In this document: positions 50,531 to 59,927 of the stretch, piece by piece | Layout of the letters: the number at the start of each line of letters is the position of its first letter | Numbering within the stretch: position 1 is the stretch's first letter | Source of the DNA: Hyphomicrobium sp. | GTDB lineage: Bacteria; Pseudomonadota; Alphaproteobacteria; Rhizobiales; Hyphomicrobiaceae | NCBI RefSeq assembly: GCF_041674905.1 | Contig: NZ_JBAYUV010000007.1 | Location: forward strand, 17,183 to 81,182 | Reading direction: 5' to 3' | DNA: 64,000 nt | The notes under the pieces: generated by a model | Databases searched by the model: none | Seen by the model: the letters and a program-made list of their open reading frames with translations, nothing else | Told to the model about the DNA's origin: nothing | Program-made: the position numbers and the translations under genes

Positions 50531-50857
50531 ATGACGGCGTTTTTCAGTCCTGCGGCGCTGATCGCGGGCACTGCATTGATTTTGACAGGCTTGAGCGGGC
50601 TATCGGACGCGACGGCTGCTCCGGGCGCCGGCTTGGCAGCTGCAAGCGGCGCCGCTTCCTCTGTCAGCATTGTTCATGACGTCGGTTACCGCTCCCGCCG
50701 CTATCACCGCCGCTATTATCGCGGACGTGTTGTCGACGCACCGTTCGCGCGCGTCGAAAGCGGCGGGCGGACCGTCGTCGATGCGCCGTTCGTGCACGTC
50801 TACAAAGGGCGGCGCGGCACTCGGGTCGTGGCGCCCTTCGTCGATCTTTGGAGATAG
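50531..50857 (+). CDS. Hypothetical small secreted basic protein with three VV(D)APFV repeats
   Basis: 108 aa with a signal/TM-like N-terminus and an Arg/Tyr-rich stretch. The repeats are VVDAPFARV, VVDAPFVHV and VVAPFVDL. Confidence 0.5.
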   Translation: MTAFFSPAALIAGTALILTGLSGLSDATAAPGAGLAAASGAASSVSIVHDVGYRSRRYHRRYYRGRVVDAPFARVESGGRTVVDAPFVHVYKGRRGTRVVAPFVDLWR

Positions 50858-50972
50858 GCGCCAAGACGGCGGCGGGATATTGTACTTCCCCAACTCCAAA
50901 TTTTGGAGCTAGCTTATACACAACAAGCTAGCGGGTGCGAACTCAAGAGAGTTTCAGCGTCATCCCGCAACT

Positions 50973-51806
50973 ATGTGCGGGGGCACCATGATCAGAATAT
51001 CGCTGGCGTATCCGTATGACATCGGACTTGCGTTCCACCTGCTGAGGGAGGCTATGAGTGAAGGGAAGCCTATCAGCTCGGCACGATTTGCATTGTCAGA
51101 GGCTGAGGATCAGCTTGAGGGGCTTTTCCATCCCAAGGCGATCTATTTTCAAGCGTTGAGAGGAGCATTCGCAGACGGCAATGTCCTCTATGAGGCGATC
51201 AAAAAGCTGACTACTCATCCTGACCCCGCGCGAAAGATGGATTTCTTTGACGTCTACAGCGTTATCAACGCGCTCGATAACTTTGAACCAGTTTTGAAGG
51301 CAGAGCTGCGTGCAGCAGACGCGTATTTCGTTTCGAAGAAGGGTGGCTACGATACGATTGATTTAATTACGCGGGGCGACGTTCTTTTCCCAGGTGGCTT
51401 CGCCGATAAAGTTCCTGAAGCGGTACGAGATGTCCAAGAAGCGGGTCGATGTTTAGCTTTCGAACTAGGGACAGCGGCGGGTTTCCATCTTCTTCGTGCA
51501 AACGAGGCCGTTCTCTTGCGTTATTGGGATGCTGTGACGTCCAAAGCGGCAAAACCGCGAAATCGGAATCTGGGAAGTTATTTGGCCAAGCTTGATGACA
51601 TGAAAGCGGGGGATGAAAAGGTCCGTGCAACGCTCCGGCAAATAAAAGACTTGCACCGAAATACACTGGTCCATCCCGAAGATGTCCTCACTGTTGATGA
51701 GGCAATTGATCTTTGGGGAATTATCCGTAGCGCGGTGTCGGCAATGCTTAAGGCTATTCCGGCGGCGCCTTTGGTGCTCACTTCCGACGAGCCTGCTGGG
51801 GCGTAG
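50973..51806 (+). CDS. Hypothetical protein with a HEPN/DUF4145-like C-terminal half (Rx4H motif), in a low-GC islet
   Basis: 277-aa ORF (alternative ATG at 50988). EAVRDVQEAGRCLAFELGTAAGFHLLRANEAVLLRYW ... LRQIKDLHRNTLVHPED. The coding call is fairly safe; the functional call is tentative. Confidence 0.55.
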   Translation: MCGGTMIRISLAYPYDIGLAFHLLREAMSEGKPISSARFALSEAEDQLEGLFHPKAIYFQALRGAFADGNVLYEAIKKLTTHPDPARKMDFFDVYSVINALDNFEPVLKAELRAADAYFVSKKGGYDTIDLITRGDVLFPGGFADKVPEAVRDVQEAGRCLAFELGTAAGFHLLRANEAVLLRYWDAVTSKAAKPRNRNLGSYLAKLDDMKAGDEKVRATLRQIKDLHRNTLVHPEDVLTVDEAIDLWGIIRSAVSAMLKAIPAAPLVLTSDEPAGA

Positions 51807-52022
51807 TCGCCTCGTCATCAATTTTATGGAAAGCGGCGTTAGGTTCTTCACAGCTTTCATCCACGCATGCTTTTTTGCTAATTTCGGGCTGCGCCGGAGA
51901 TGTCTTCAGGCTTGGAAATTTGCCGGAGAACTTTTGTGCTTGGCCATAATGTGCTCAAAGTGCGGTGGTGTAACGGTCGTCGCGGGGCTGGCGACAACCG
52001 ATGTCATCTTAGGGGGTAAGTA

Positions 52023-52511
52023 ATGTTCAACCGCGTATCGACGCCTGATCCGCGTTCCGTCGAACCGATCAAATCCATCACGCCGCAGCCGATTTCGCCG
52101 ATCAAGACGTCGGCGCCCCCGCTCTTTGGGGCGACGCAGCATCATTCGACACCGGCGGTCGACGCTCCGACGTCCGTGCTCGGACAGGACATCACCATCG
52201 CTGGGCAGCAGCTCGTCATCAAGACGAAGGGTTCGCTGCTGATCGCGGGCCATATCCAGGGCGACGTTCACGGCGAGTCGGTCACCGTCGGCGACACGGG
52301 CAGCGTCGTCGGCACGATCACCGCGCGCACGATCATCATTCAAGGCGAAGTCAGCGGCGCTTTGAAGGGATCGTCGGTCAATCTCAACGCAACGTCGCGG
52401 GTCGAGGGCGATATCGTCAAACAGACGCTCTCGATCGACGAGGGCGCGCAGTTCGACGGCAGCGTGCGGCGCGCCAAGGACAGCAGCGAAGTCACTCCCG
52501 ACCTCAGCTAG
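52023..52511 (+). CDS. Bactofilin (DUF583) paralogue 2
   Basis: Pro-rich N-terminus followed by the beta-helix core: LGQDITIAGQQLVIKTKGSLLIAGHIQGDVHGESVTVGDTGSVVGTITARTIIIQGEVSGAL...EGDIVKQTLSIDEGAQFDG. AGGGGG is the RBS. Confidence 0.8.
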   Translation: MFNRVSTPDPRSVEPIKSITPQPISPIKTSAPPLFGATQHHSTPAVDAPTSVLGQDITIAGQQLVIKTKGSLLIAGHIQGDVHGESVTVGDTGSVVGTITARTIIIQGEVSGALKGSSVNLNATSRVEGDIVKQTLSIDEGAQFDGSVRRAKDSSEVTPDLS

Positions 52512-52627
52512 TCGCCGAGCGCTCCACGCACCAGATCAGTTTCCAGAATGGCGTTTGCGGTTCAAGCGAACGTCATTCGTGTTTCTGGCGGTCGTTCCTC
52601 TGGCGATCGTGTTTCCGGTGACCGATT

Positions 52628-52939
52628 TCAGAAGCGGCTGCGGCCGCTGGGCTCGACCTCTTCGCATGAGTCCTTGACGCGGATGTCGTGCCCGATCCAG
52701 CGGCAAATCTCGCGCTTGAAATTCGGATTGTTGCGGACTTTGGCGTCCGGAGCGTTCATCCCATACTGGCGCGCAACGGCCGCCACGTAATTGTCACGGC
52801 AATACGGAGTCGACAGCATCGCCCCATTGACGAGCTGGTAGCCTTCCGAGCACTTGATTTTCGCTTCGGCAGGTTGCGCCATTGTGACAGCCATCCCCGC
52901 GGCCAGCAGAGCCAGCGCTGCCGAGTGTTCTTTCGCCAT
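52628..52939 (-). CDS. Hypothetical small secreted Cys-containing protein
   Basis: Signal peptide MAKEHSAALALLAAGMAVTMAQPAEA. The mature ~77 aa contain 4 Cys. No family recognised. Confidence 0.5.
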   Translation of the reverse strand: MAKEHSAALALLAAGMAVTMAQPAEAKIKCSEGYQLVNGAMLSTPYCRDNYVAAVARQYGMNAPDAKVRNNPNFKREICRWIGHDIRVKDSCEEVEPSGRSRF

Positions 52940-53122
52940 CGTCAATCCTCGCTCCGTTGCCGCGCGATGCACCGTGCTGTCAAATCGTGTTTTTTCAGTT
53001 TAGCAGGCTTGCCTTGCCGCGGCCGCCATGAAATTGGTCTCGCCGGGCAGACGCGGCATAGAACGCCTCTGGCGCATCCCTTTCAGATAGCCGCAAACGA
53101 TCGATTTTACAGAGGTATCCCG

Positions 53123-54094
53123 ATGATAACTGTGTACGACGCAGTCGGCGGCAAGCTGGTTGCGCGCCCGGAAATCGGCAACCTGTCGAGCGGCGGGGTC
53201 TGGATCGATCTCCTCAATCCGGTGGAGGATGAGGACAAGATCATTGAGCAGGCCCTCGGCATCGAGGTTCCGACACGCTCGGAAATGCGCGAGATCGAGG
53301 CGTCGAACCGGTTCTATACCGAAAACGGCGCGTACTACATGACGTCCATCATCGTGCATAACAGCACGCAGGATGTGCCGCTGACGGCGGTCATTACGTT
53401 CATATTGGCAGGCACGCGCCTTGTGACGGTGCGCTATGCCGAGCCCCGAGCCTTTCCGCTGTACGTCGCCCGCGCCGCCAAGGGCGATCCGGCGTGCGTG
53501 AGCGGTCCGGGCATCATGATCGGCCTCACCGAAATGCTCATCGAACGCGAAGCGGATCTCATCGAGCGGGTTCAAGATCAGGTCGAACGGATGGCGCCGC
53601 TCGTATTCGGGCAGAACGGCGCCCAGCATTCGCGCGACCGGCGGCTCGACTTGCTGTTGAAGACCGTCGGAAAGGAAGGCGACGTCACCGCAAGAGCGCA
53701 GGAAAGCGCGATGTCGATCCACCGGCTCCTGCTCTACTTCGCTAACGCCGTGCGCGAGCGCAAAGACGACAAGCGCATCATGGCGCGGATCGAATCCGCT
53801 AACCACGACATCACGTCGTTGATGGAAAGCCTGCGCTTTCTTTCGTCGCGGACAAGCTTCCTGCTCGATGCGACGCTGGGAATGATTTCCACCGAGCAGA
53901 ACCAGATCATCAAGCTGTTCTCGGTGATGGCCGTCATGCTGATGCCGCCGACGCTCGTCGCGTCTATCTACGGGATGAACTTCAAGTATATGCCGGAGCT
54001 TGCGGAGTCGTGGGGCTATCCGCTGGCGCTTATCCTGATGTTCGTGTCGGGTCTGGTGCCGTTTCTCTATTTCCGGAAGAAGGGCTGGCTTTGA
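53123..54094 (+). CDS. corA: Magnesium/cobalt transporter CorA
   Basis: 323 aa with the YGMNF signature (IYGMNFKYMPEL) between two C-terminal TM helices. The start is the internal ATG of ORF 52688..54094. Confidence 0.9.
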   Translation: MITVYDAVGGKLVARPEIGNLSSGGVWIDLLNPVEDEDKIIEQALGIEVPTRSEMREIEASNRFYTENGAYYMTSIIVHNSTQDVPLTAVITFILAGTRLVTVRYAEPRAFPLYVARAAKGDPACVSGPGIMIGLTEMLIEREADLIERVQDQVERMAPLVFGQNGAQHSRDRRLDLLLKTVGKEGDVTARAQESAMSIHRLLLYFANAVRERKDDKRIMARIESANHDITSLMESLRFLSSRTSFLLDATLGMISTEQNQIIKLFSVMAVMLMPPTLVASIYGMNFKYMPELAESWGYPLALILMFVSGLVPFLYFRKKGWL

Positions 54095-54650
54095 GCCAGC
54101 CGGCCGTTGCGCGATCTCCCCGATACGTATGCGGGCGGTAACGTTGCCCCGGGATTTTCACGGAGCGTCGCTATTTCATCAATTACGACGTACCCGGATG
54201 AAAAATCCTGCTGCAGTGCGGTAGTCGATTGACTGGAAAAGGAATGTTTCCGCCGGAGCTATTAACCATCCGAGTACGTTGCTGGCTGCGGCCAGACGTC
54301 ACGCAACTCAAAGATGCACCCAGAAACACTCATGTTTTTCAAAACCTTAAATAATATGGTTAAAATGTGATGGAAGCCGTGGGTTGACCGCCCCTGCTTC
54401 CGATGCTGGTTGTGCCCCGCCAGGACGGGGGGTTTCCCCAGTCATCTCGGGTAGCAGTTCGAACTGGGTTCTGGAGTTCGGGTTACGGGTCTTTCAGGGA
54501 ATTTCAATTTTACGAGCCACTTCTCCCAACATTAACGACGGTGCCGCCACGGTGGCGGTTGTCCTGCAGCCCTTTTTGCGGCCGCAGGCGGGGGAAATCG
54601 CTCAATTCGACCCGGAAGCGCTGCTGCTCCTTTTAACAAGGAGTGCACTA

Positions 54651-55238
54651 ATGCGTTCGTTAATCGCTGTTGCCGCATTTGGTATTGTGGGGATGGCCGC
54701 CAGCGCTGTTCCGGCCGACGCTGCCTGGAATTGCCGCGGGTCATCCTATGTTTGCGGTAAGTCGGCCTCTCATAAGGCCGTCAAGTCGCGGGTTTCCCAT
54801 CGGGCCTCGCATTCGCGTCAAGCTTATGCTCCGCGCCGTGGGGTCAAGCATTCGCGCTACGCCTCGCGCAATCGGGTCGTTCGCCGTCACTATGCTTCGG
54901 CTCCGGCGCGCAAGCATCGCGTTGCCCATGCGGCTCCGGCCGCCGGTCGTGGCGCCTACAGCGGGATGGCTTCCTACTACTGGCAAGGCCAGATGACAGC
55001 CTCCGGCGTCCGGTTTAACCCCGGCGCGCTCACGGCTGCGCATCGCTCGCTACCTTTCGGCACGCGCGTCCGCGTTACGAACCGCACGAACGGCCGCTCG
55101 GTCGTCGTCACGATCAACGATCGTGGACCGTTCATCGGCGGCCGCATTATCGACCTGTCGCGCGCCGCCGCCCAGGCGATCAGCATGACCGGCCAAGGCG
55201 TGGCAGCGGTTTCGCTCGAAGTTCTCGGCCGCAGCTGA
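54651..55238 (+). CDS. RlpA-like double-psi beta-barrel (DPBB) protein 1
   Basis: AAGGAG RBS, a signal peptide and a His/Arg-rich linker. The DPBB core reads [57 protein letters not shown]. No SPOR domain. Confidence 0.8.
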   Translation: MRSLIAVAAFGIVGMAASAVPADAAWNCRGSSYVCGKSASHKAVKSRVSHRASHSRQAYAPRRGVKHSRYASRNRVVRRHYASAPARKHRVAHAAPAAGRGAYSGMASYYWQGQMTASGVRFNPGALTAAHRSLPFGTRVRVTNRTNGRSVVVTINDRGPFIGGRIIDLSRAAAQAISMTGQGVAAVSLEVLGRS

Positions 55239-55451
55239 GCCTTATTCACCCATCCGGCCTAGAGCCTTTCCGCTTTCAGTTGAATCGCGGATCGGCTCTA
55301 GGTTTTTGTTTGTCGTGCTTCTGACGGGAAAACCGGTTTCCACTTTTCCCGAAGCACTTTGACGACGGCGTCTGGGGACCCAGGCGCCTTCGACGTTTTT
55401 TCGCCCTGCGAATCAGCATAATCGATAGGATTCGGCGTGGTTCCGGGGGGA

Positions 55452-56042
55452 ATGTGCGTGCATCGATGCGCTCGAGTTGGCTTTGTATTTGCCTTGAATC
55501 TGGCGACTGCCGCGGCGGCGGCGCCTCTTTCGGCGGAGTCGCTTAGCGACGGCCTCGCAACGCCCGCAGGCAAGGCCCTGCAAATGGGGCCGTGGGCTGC
55601 CAAGATCACGGTCCATAAGCCGGACATCGTCGCGTGGCGCCCGACGATATCGGTCACTGTCGCAGTTCCGAAGGTCAAGGCCACCGCGACCCTCGATCCT
55701 TCGGCCGTTTCACACCCCTATGGCCTGCACGGTCCCGTCCCTGAAAAAAGCGCGCACGCAACGACGGGGCTCGCATCGTTTTACGGCATCAGCGCCGGCG
55801 TGAAGACGGCGACCGGAGAGCGGTTCGATCCTTCGGGCATGACGGCGGCGCATCGCACTCTGCCCTTCGGTACGCGGGTGAAGGTCACGCGGGTTGATAC
55901 GGGTGAGAGCGTCGTCGTCCGCATCAACGACCGAGGCCCCTTCAAACCCGGCCGGGTGATCGACCTCTCGGAAGGGGCCGCCAAGACCCTCAAGATGACG
56001 GACGTCGGATTGACCAACGTCCGCCTCGAGGTGATGAACTAG
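55452..56042 (+). CDS. RlpA-like double-psi beta-barrel (DPBB) protein 2
   Basis: GLASFYG...[46 protein letters not shown]. The start is ambiguous (GTG 55437, ATG 55452). Confidence 0.75.
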   Translation: MCVHRCARVGFVFALNLATAAAAAPLSAESLSDGLATPAGKALQMGPWAAKITVHKPDIVAWRPTISVTVAVPKVKATATLDPSAVSHPYGLHGPVPEKSAHATTGLASFYGISAGVKTATGERFDPSGMTAAHRTLPFGTRVKVTRVDTGESVVVRINDRGPFKPGRVIDLSEGAAKTLKMTDVGLTNVRLEVMN

Positions 56043-56087
56043 CGCCGCGACTGAACCTGAACTGGAACGACGGAGTGGGCCGCGCCG

Positions 56088-56480
56088 TCAACGCTCGCTC
56101 AGGCGATTGTTGCGCTCGATCTGCGCTTCCAGCACGCCGATCTGGTCGAGATAAGCGCCTTTGATGCATTCGGTGTCGCGGCCGCAATCGTTGCGCGCGG
56201 CGAGGAACTGGCGCTGATACCGCTTCAACTGATCGCGGTCGCTGCCCTGGCCATAGGATTGCTTCAGCTCGCCGTAGAGGCCGCTCATCTTCTCGTCGAG
56301 CGCTGCCAGGACGTCGCTCCGGCAGATGGTGCGCTCGGAGGCCATACCCGCCTTGCGGCAATCGAATTCCTGCGCGCTCGCGCGGCTCACCTGGGCGGCC
56401 AGCACCGCCAGCGCTCCGAGTGCCGCCGCTGATATTGTCGCCGCAAATCTCAATGTGAATGTCTCCGACACGGTGCCCAT
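56088..56480 (-). CDS. Secreted LprI/DUF1311-like protein
   Basis: 130 aa from MGTVSETF (AAGGAG RBS) with a signal peptide. The pattern is C-x..-ERTIC...LDEKM..LY...QRQFLAARNDCG.D..C. The upstream part of ORF 56088..56774 is rejected. Confidence 0.5.
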   Translation of the reverse strand: MGTVSETFTLRFAATISAAALGALAVLAAQVSRASAQEFDCRKAGMASERTICRSDVLAALDEKMSGLYGELKQSYGQGSDRDQLKRYQRQFLAARNDCGRDTECIKGAYLDQIGVLEAQIERNNRLSER

Positions 56481-56685
56481 CTCCTTGTTCGCTTCGTTGC
56501 CACCCCAGCGGTGGCGATGGCGTGAAGATGCCGTTTGCCGGGGAGAAACATCAGCCCGTCGGCAGCCAAGCGGCGGCAGCTCGCGGAATGGGAATTTTGA
56601 TGCCGGTTTCCGATTGCCATCGAGGGATAAAAATCGGTATTTTTCCGCAACTGATTTCAGCCCTCTCACCCTGCTTGCGTGATCC

Positions 56686-57474
56686 ATGAAAAAACAACCC
56701 GCGCCCGGTCCGGCCACGACGCGTTCGGAAGCTCTCGACCGGATCAAAACGGCGATGGTCGAGAAGAAGCTCACTCAGGCGGAACTTGCGGATGCGTCCG
56801 ACTGCCATGAGAAAACGATCCAGAATTTACTCGGCGGGCGTTCCGTGCGCGATCAGACGCTGTTCGACGTCTGCATGGTGCTGGGGCTTGATTTCCACGG
56901 ACTGCGGGATGCGTGGCACGGAGAGTCCGTCGCCGTCGACAACGGGGGAATGACGACCAAGCCTCAGGGCGGCGGCGTCGCGCCCGTCTACATGGGCGCT
57001 TATGCGCAGGTTGCCGTCGATCATTATGTCGGCAGCTATCTGACGCTGCGGCGATCGTTTTCTCTGCCGGACACGATCGTCTCGTACCGCACGGACATCA
57101 CCTGGGACGCGGAATGGCCGAGCCTTCTGTTCCAGGAACGCGACCGTCCGGATGAACCCTACGCCCATCGCGGGCGGCTCTATATTCCGGCGTCATCGAG
57201 CTTCATCCATCTCGTGTCCCTGACGAAAGGCGCGATGCGGATGATCGTCGTTTCGCAGCTCGATCGCGCGGGCGAAATGCGCGGCATCATCACGACGATC
57301 AATAAACAACGCGCAACGCTGATCCCCGTCGCGACGGCGATCCTCTATGCGCGCCGGGACAATTTCGACGGCGATGCTTTCGGGGAGATCACGCCCAAGA
57401 CCCGTATTTACGCCGAATATAAGCGTCTTCTAGATGAGACCGTCACCGAGGGATACGCGCGGCTCGTCAGCTAG
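56686..57474 (+). CDS. XRE-family HTH protein with an unrecognised ~170-aa C-terminal domain
   Basis: The N-terminus LTQAELADASDCHEKTIQNLLGGRSVRDQTLFDVCMVLGL is an HTH_3/XRE motif. The rest has no motif I can name. Confidence 0.62.
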   Translation: MKKQPAPGPATTRSEALDRIKTAMVEKKLTQAELADASDCHEKTIQNLLGGRSVRDQTLFDVCMVLGLDFHGLRDAWHGESVAVDNGGMTTKPQGGGVAPVYMGAYAQVAVDHYVGSYLTLRRSFSLPDTIVSYRTDITWDAEWPSLLFQERDRPDEPYAHRGRLYIPASSSFIHLVSLTKGAMRMIVVSQLDRAGEMRGIITTINKQRATLIPVATAILYARRDNFDGDAFGEITPKTRIYAEYKRLLDETVTEGYARLVS

Positions 57475-57537
57475 CGGCGTTGTCGGTGAGCTATCGGTTG
57501 GCTAGCGCCCATCATTCGACGACGTCGACAGCTTGAA

Positions 57538-58668
57538 CTATTTCGCGCGCCTGACAGCGGCGGCACGGCGCTTCGGCGTTGTCCGCTTCAACAATGACGC
57601 CGGACGGAACGAGACGCCTTCGTCGACGGCTGGAAAAAAGTACTTCGCGAGGTCGATCGTCTCGAGACGCCCGACGGCCGAACGCGCCACGGCGAGCCAT
57701 TTGTCGGCGTGATCGCGGCCCGCGCCATGCAAGTAGGTAATCATATCCCAATCGGGCTTCAGCGACGTCTCGGGATTGAGTGTGCCTGTGACCGGGCCGC
57801 CGTCGATCAGATGGAAGCGGTGACGGCCGAGCGGCGCCAAGCGGCCTTTCGTCAGCAGTGCTCCGGAGCACGCCTCACGCACGGATGTAATCACCTCAAT
57901 GTCGCGCAGCAGCGGCGCATTGAACGTCAGGCGGTTGGCGTGGTTCGAAATATCGCGCGCCGTCGTCGGCAGCTTGGTGTTGACGCGCGGCGCGACCATC
58001 ACCAGCAGCGTATCGCCGACGGGGCTTTCGCTGGCCAGCGTCACGAGATCAGGATTGGCGGAAAAACCGCCGTCCCAATAGGCCGCGCCTTCGATTTCAA
58101 CGGCGTGGTGCAGGACTGGCAGACACGCCGAGGCAAGGACGGCTTCGATGGTAATTTCGTCATGACGGAAGAGGCGCGCGCGGCCGGTCGCGACGTGCGT
58201 CGCAGCGATCAGAAGCTCAACCGGCGATTTCGTTCGCACCAGATCAAAGTCGACGTGATCCACGATGACGCGGCGGAGCGGATCGAAACCGAGGGGATTG
58301 AATTCATAAGGCGACAGCATCGTCGCAAGATGCGTCGTCAGCTGCGACGGTCGCACCAGACCATTGAGAAACGGATTGAGGCGCGTGAGATCGGGAACGC
58401 CCGCCTGGTAAATCGCCTGCCACATCTTGTACATTTTCTCGCGGGCCTTATCGCGCGAACCTTCGGCGAGTCCGGCCGCAAGCGCCACGGCATTGACGGC
58501 ACCGGCGCTCGTCGCGCTGATCCAGCCGAAGCGCATCGTCTCGTCTTCGAGAAGACGATCGAGAACGCCCCAGGTGAAGGCACCATGAGCCCCGCCACCT
58601 TGAAGGGCGAGATTGATGTCAACCAGTTTCGGCAAATTCTGCTGCTCCCCGCACGCGCCGCTCTTCAA
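57538..58668 (-). CDS. Patatin-like phospholipase family protein
   Basis: Oxyanion GGGAHGAF, the GxSxG-type nucleophile motif (SATSAGA), the catalytic Asp in YWDGGFSANP, and a conserved C-terminal extension. TTG start is uncertain (alternative at 58635). Confidence 0.85.
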   Translation of the reverse strand: MKSGACGEQQNLPKLVDINLALQGGGAHGAFTWGVLDRLLEDETMRFGWISATSAGAVNAVALAAGLAEGSRDKAREKMYKMWQAIYQAGVPDLTRLNPFLNGLVRPSQLTTHLATMLSPYEFNPLGFDPLRRVIVDHVDFDLVRTKSPVELLIAATHVATGRARLFRHDEITIEAVLASACLPVLHHAVEIEGAAYWDGGFSANPDLVTLASESPVGDTLLVMVAPRVNTKLPTTARDISNHANRLTFNAPLLRDIEVITSVREACSGALLTKGRLAPLGRHRFHLIDGGPVTGTLNPETSLKPDWDMITYLHGAGRDHADKWLAVARSAVGRLETIDLAKYFFPAVDEGVSFRPASLLKRTTPKRRAAAVRRAK

Positions 58669-58961
58669 TGCAAAGCGGCACCGGCGATGATTATCATTAA
58701 CGCTCGCGGCAGCCCAATGTCATCGCACCTGCGGCACGACGCCCGATCTTTTCACACGCTTCAATTTCAAAAACATGCGCTGCGTTCGCACAACAGATCG
58801 TCACGAATTGCGCAATAAACAATCCGTTGCGCTGCATTTTCGCGGCATGCTGCCCAGCCCGCGTGCATTCGCAATTTTTATTCGGCGATTTCAGTCCGCG
58901 ATTATGTCAGAGCACCGTGTACTCGCGTGTCAATTGGCCGCTACGAAACCGCCGGTCTGAA

Positions 58962-59867
58962 TTAGCGTTCCGCGTCGAGAAAATTCTCGCTGAGCTTTGT
59001 GACAGGACCGTCGGGTGTTTCCAATCCTCTCACGACGTGACGAATGCGGAGACCTGATGAGCATTTGAAAAATGTGAAAAGATTATACCGCGCCAGCGGT
59101 TCGTCTCCGTGGATCGCGCCTGCCGACGCGGATGCGGCGCCGATCAGCGGAATTGGTTTTTTACGCGACGGCAGCCAATCAAGAGCGGGCGTATGGTTAT
59201 GTCCGTAGAGGACAAGCTCAGCGCCCGTGCGTTCGAGTAGATGCGCGAAATGCGCGGCATCGTTCAGGCGGCGGCGTGGCGACGTCATATCGGCGAGCGG
59301 CGGATGATGGATAAGCACGACGCGGATCGCGCCCTCTCCATCGAGCCGCAAAAGTTGCTCCCGTGCGATTTCGAGCTGGTGCGATCCGAGCAACCCGCTT
59401 GCGAAAAAGGGCGGCGTTTCGACGGCGGAATTCAAACCGACAAGAGCGAGCGGCCCCGTGCGACGCACGAACGGAAAGGCGAGCGTCTCTTCCTCGCCGC
59501 CCATGTAGGCTGCCCAGCGCGCCACGCCGCGATCCCCGCGCATGCTCGAATAGATGTCGTGATTGCCCGGAACCACAGTCACGCTGGCGGGCGAACCGAC
59601 ACTGCGCAACCAAGCGAGTGCGGCTTCGTGCTCGGCGGGGAGCCCGAGGTTTATGAGATCGCCGGTGATCGCGATATGATCCGGCCTCAGAGCATGCGCG
59701 TCCGCAATCAAACGGTCGGCGACGGCGGTGACATGCACGCGCCGGCGCTTGCGCTGCCAATTCAGATAGCCTAGCGCGCGCTTGGCATTCCAGTAGCGCC
59801 AGCCAAATCCGATGATTGGAGACATGTGAACATCGGAAAAGTGCGCGAGCGTAAAAGTTTCTGTCAT
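58962..59867 (-). CDS. Metallophosphoesterase (calcineurin-like)
   Basis: HFSDVHM, TGDLINLG, GNHD, VLIHHPP and YGHNH motifs. Confidence 0.85.
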   Translation of the reverse strand: MTETFTLAHFSDVHMSPIIGFGWRYWNAKRALGYLNWQRKRRRVHVTAVADRLIADAHALRPDHIAITGDLINLGLPAEHEAALAWLRSVGSPASVTVVPGNHDIYSSMRGDRGVARWAAYMGGEEETLAFPFVRRTGPLALVGLNSAVETPPFFASGLLGSHQLEIAREQLLRLDGEGAIRVVLIHHPPLADMTSPRRRLNDAAHFAHLLERTGAELVLYGHNHTPALDWLPSRKKPIPLIGAASASAGAIHGDEPLARYNLFTFFKCSSGLRIRHVVRGLETPDGPVTKLSENFLDAER

Positions 59868-59927
59868 TTTGGAGAGATGAAACCGGGGCGGGGCAGACGC
59901 AATCTAGCACACTGTGGTAATTAGCAA

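Noticed and set aside
54384-54650. TTG-initiated 89-codon extension of the first RlpA-like gene
   Set aside because: The AAGGAG RBS and signal peptide are at the ATG at 54651. The extension has no protein-like features.
57709-58818. 369-aa plus-strand ORF
   Set aside because: Antisense shadow of the patatin gene. The same applies to 36692..37543, 39015..39908, 44744..45706, 49361..50290, 28654..29343, 41095..41820 and similar Arg-rich ORFs.
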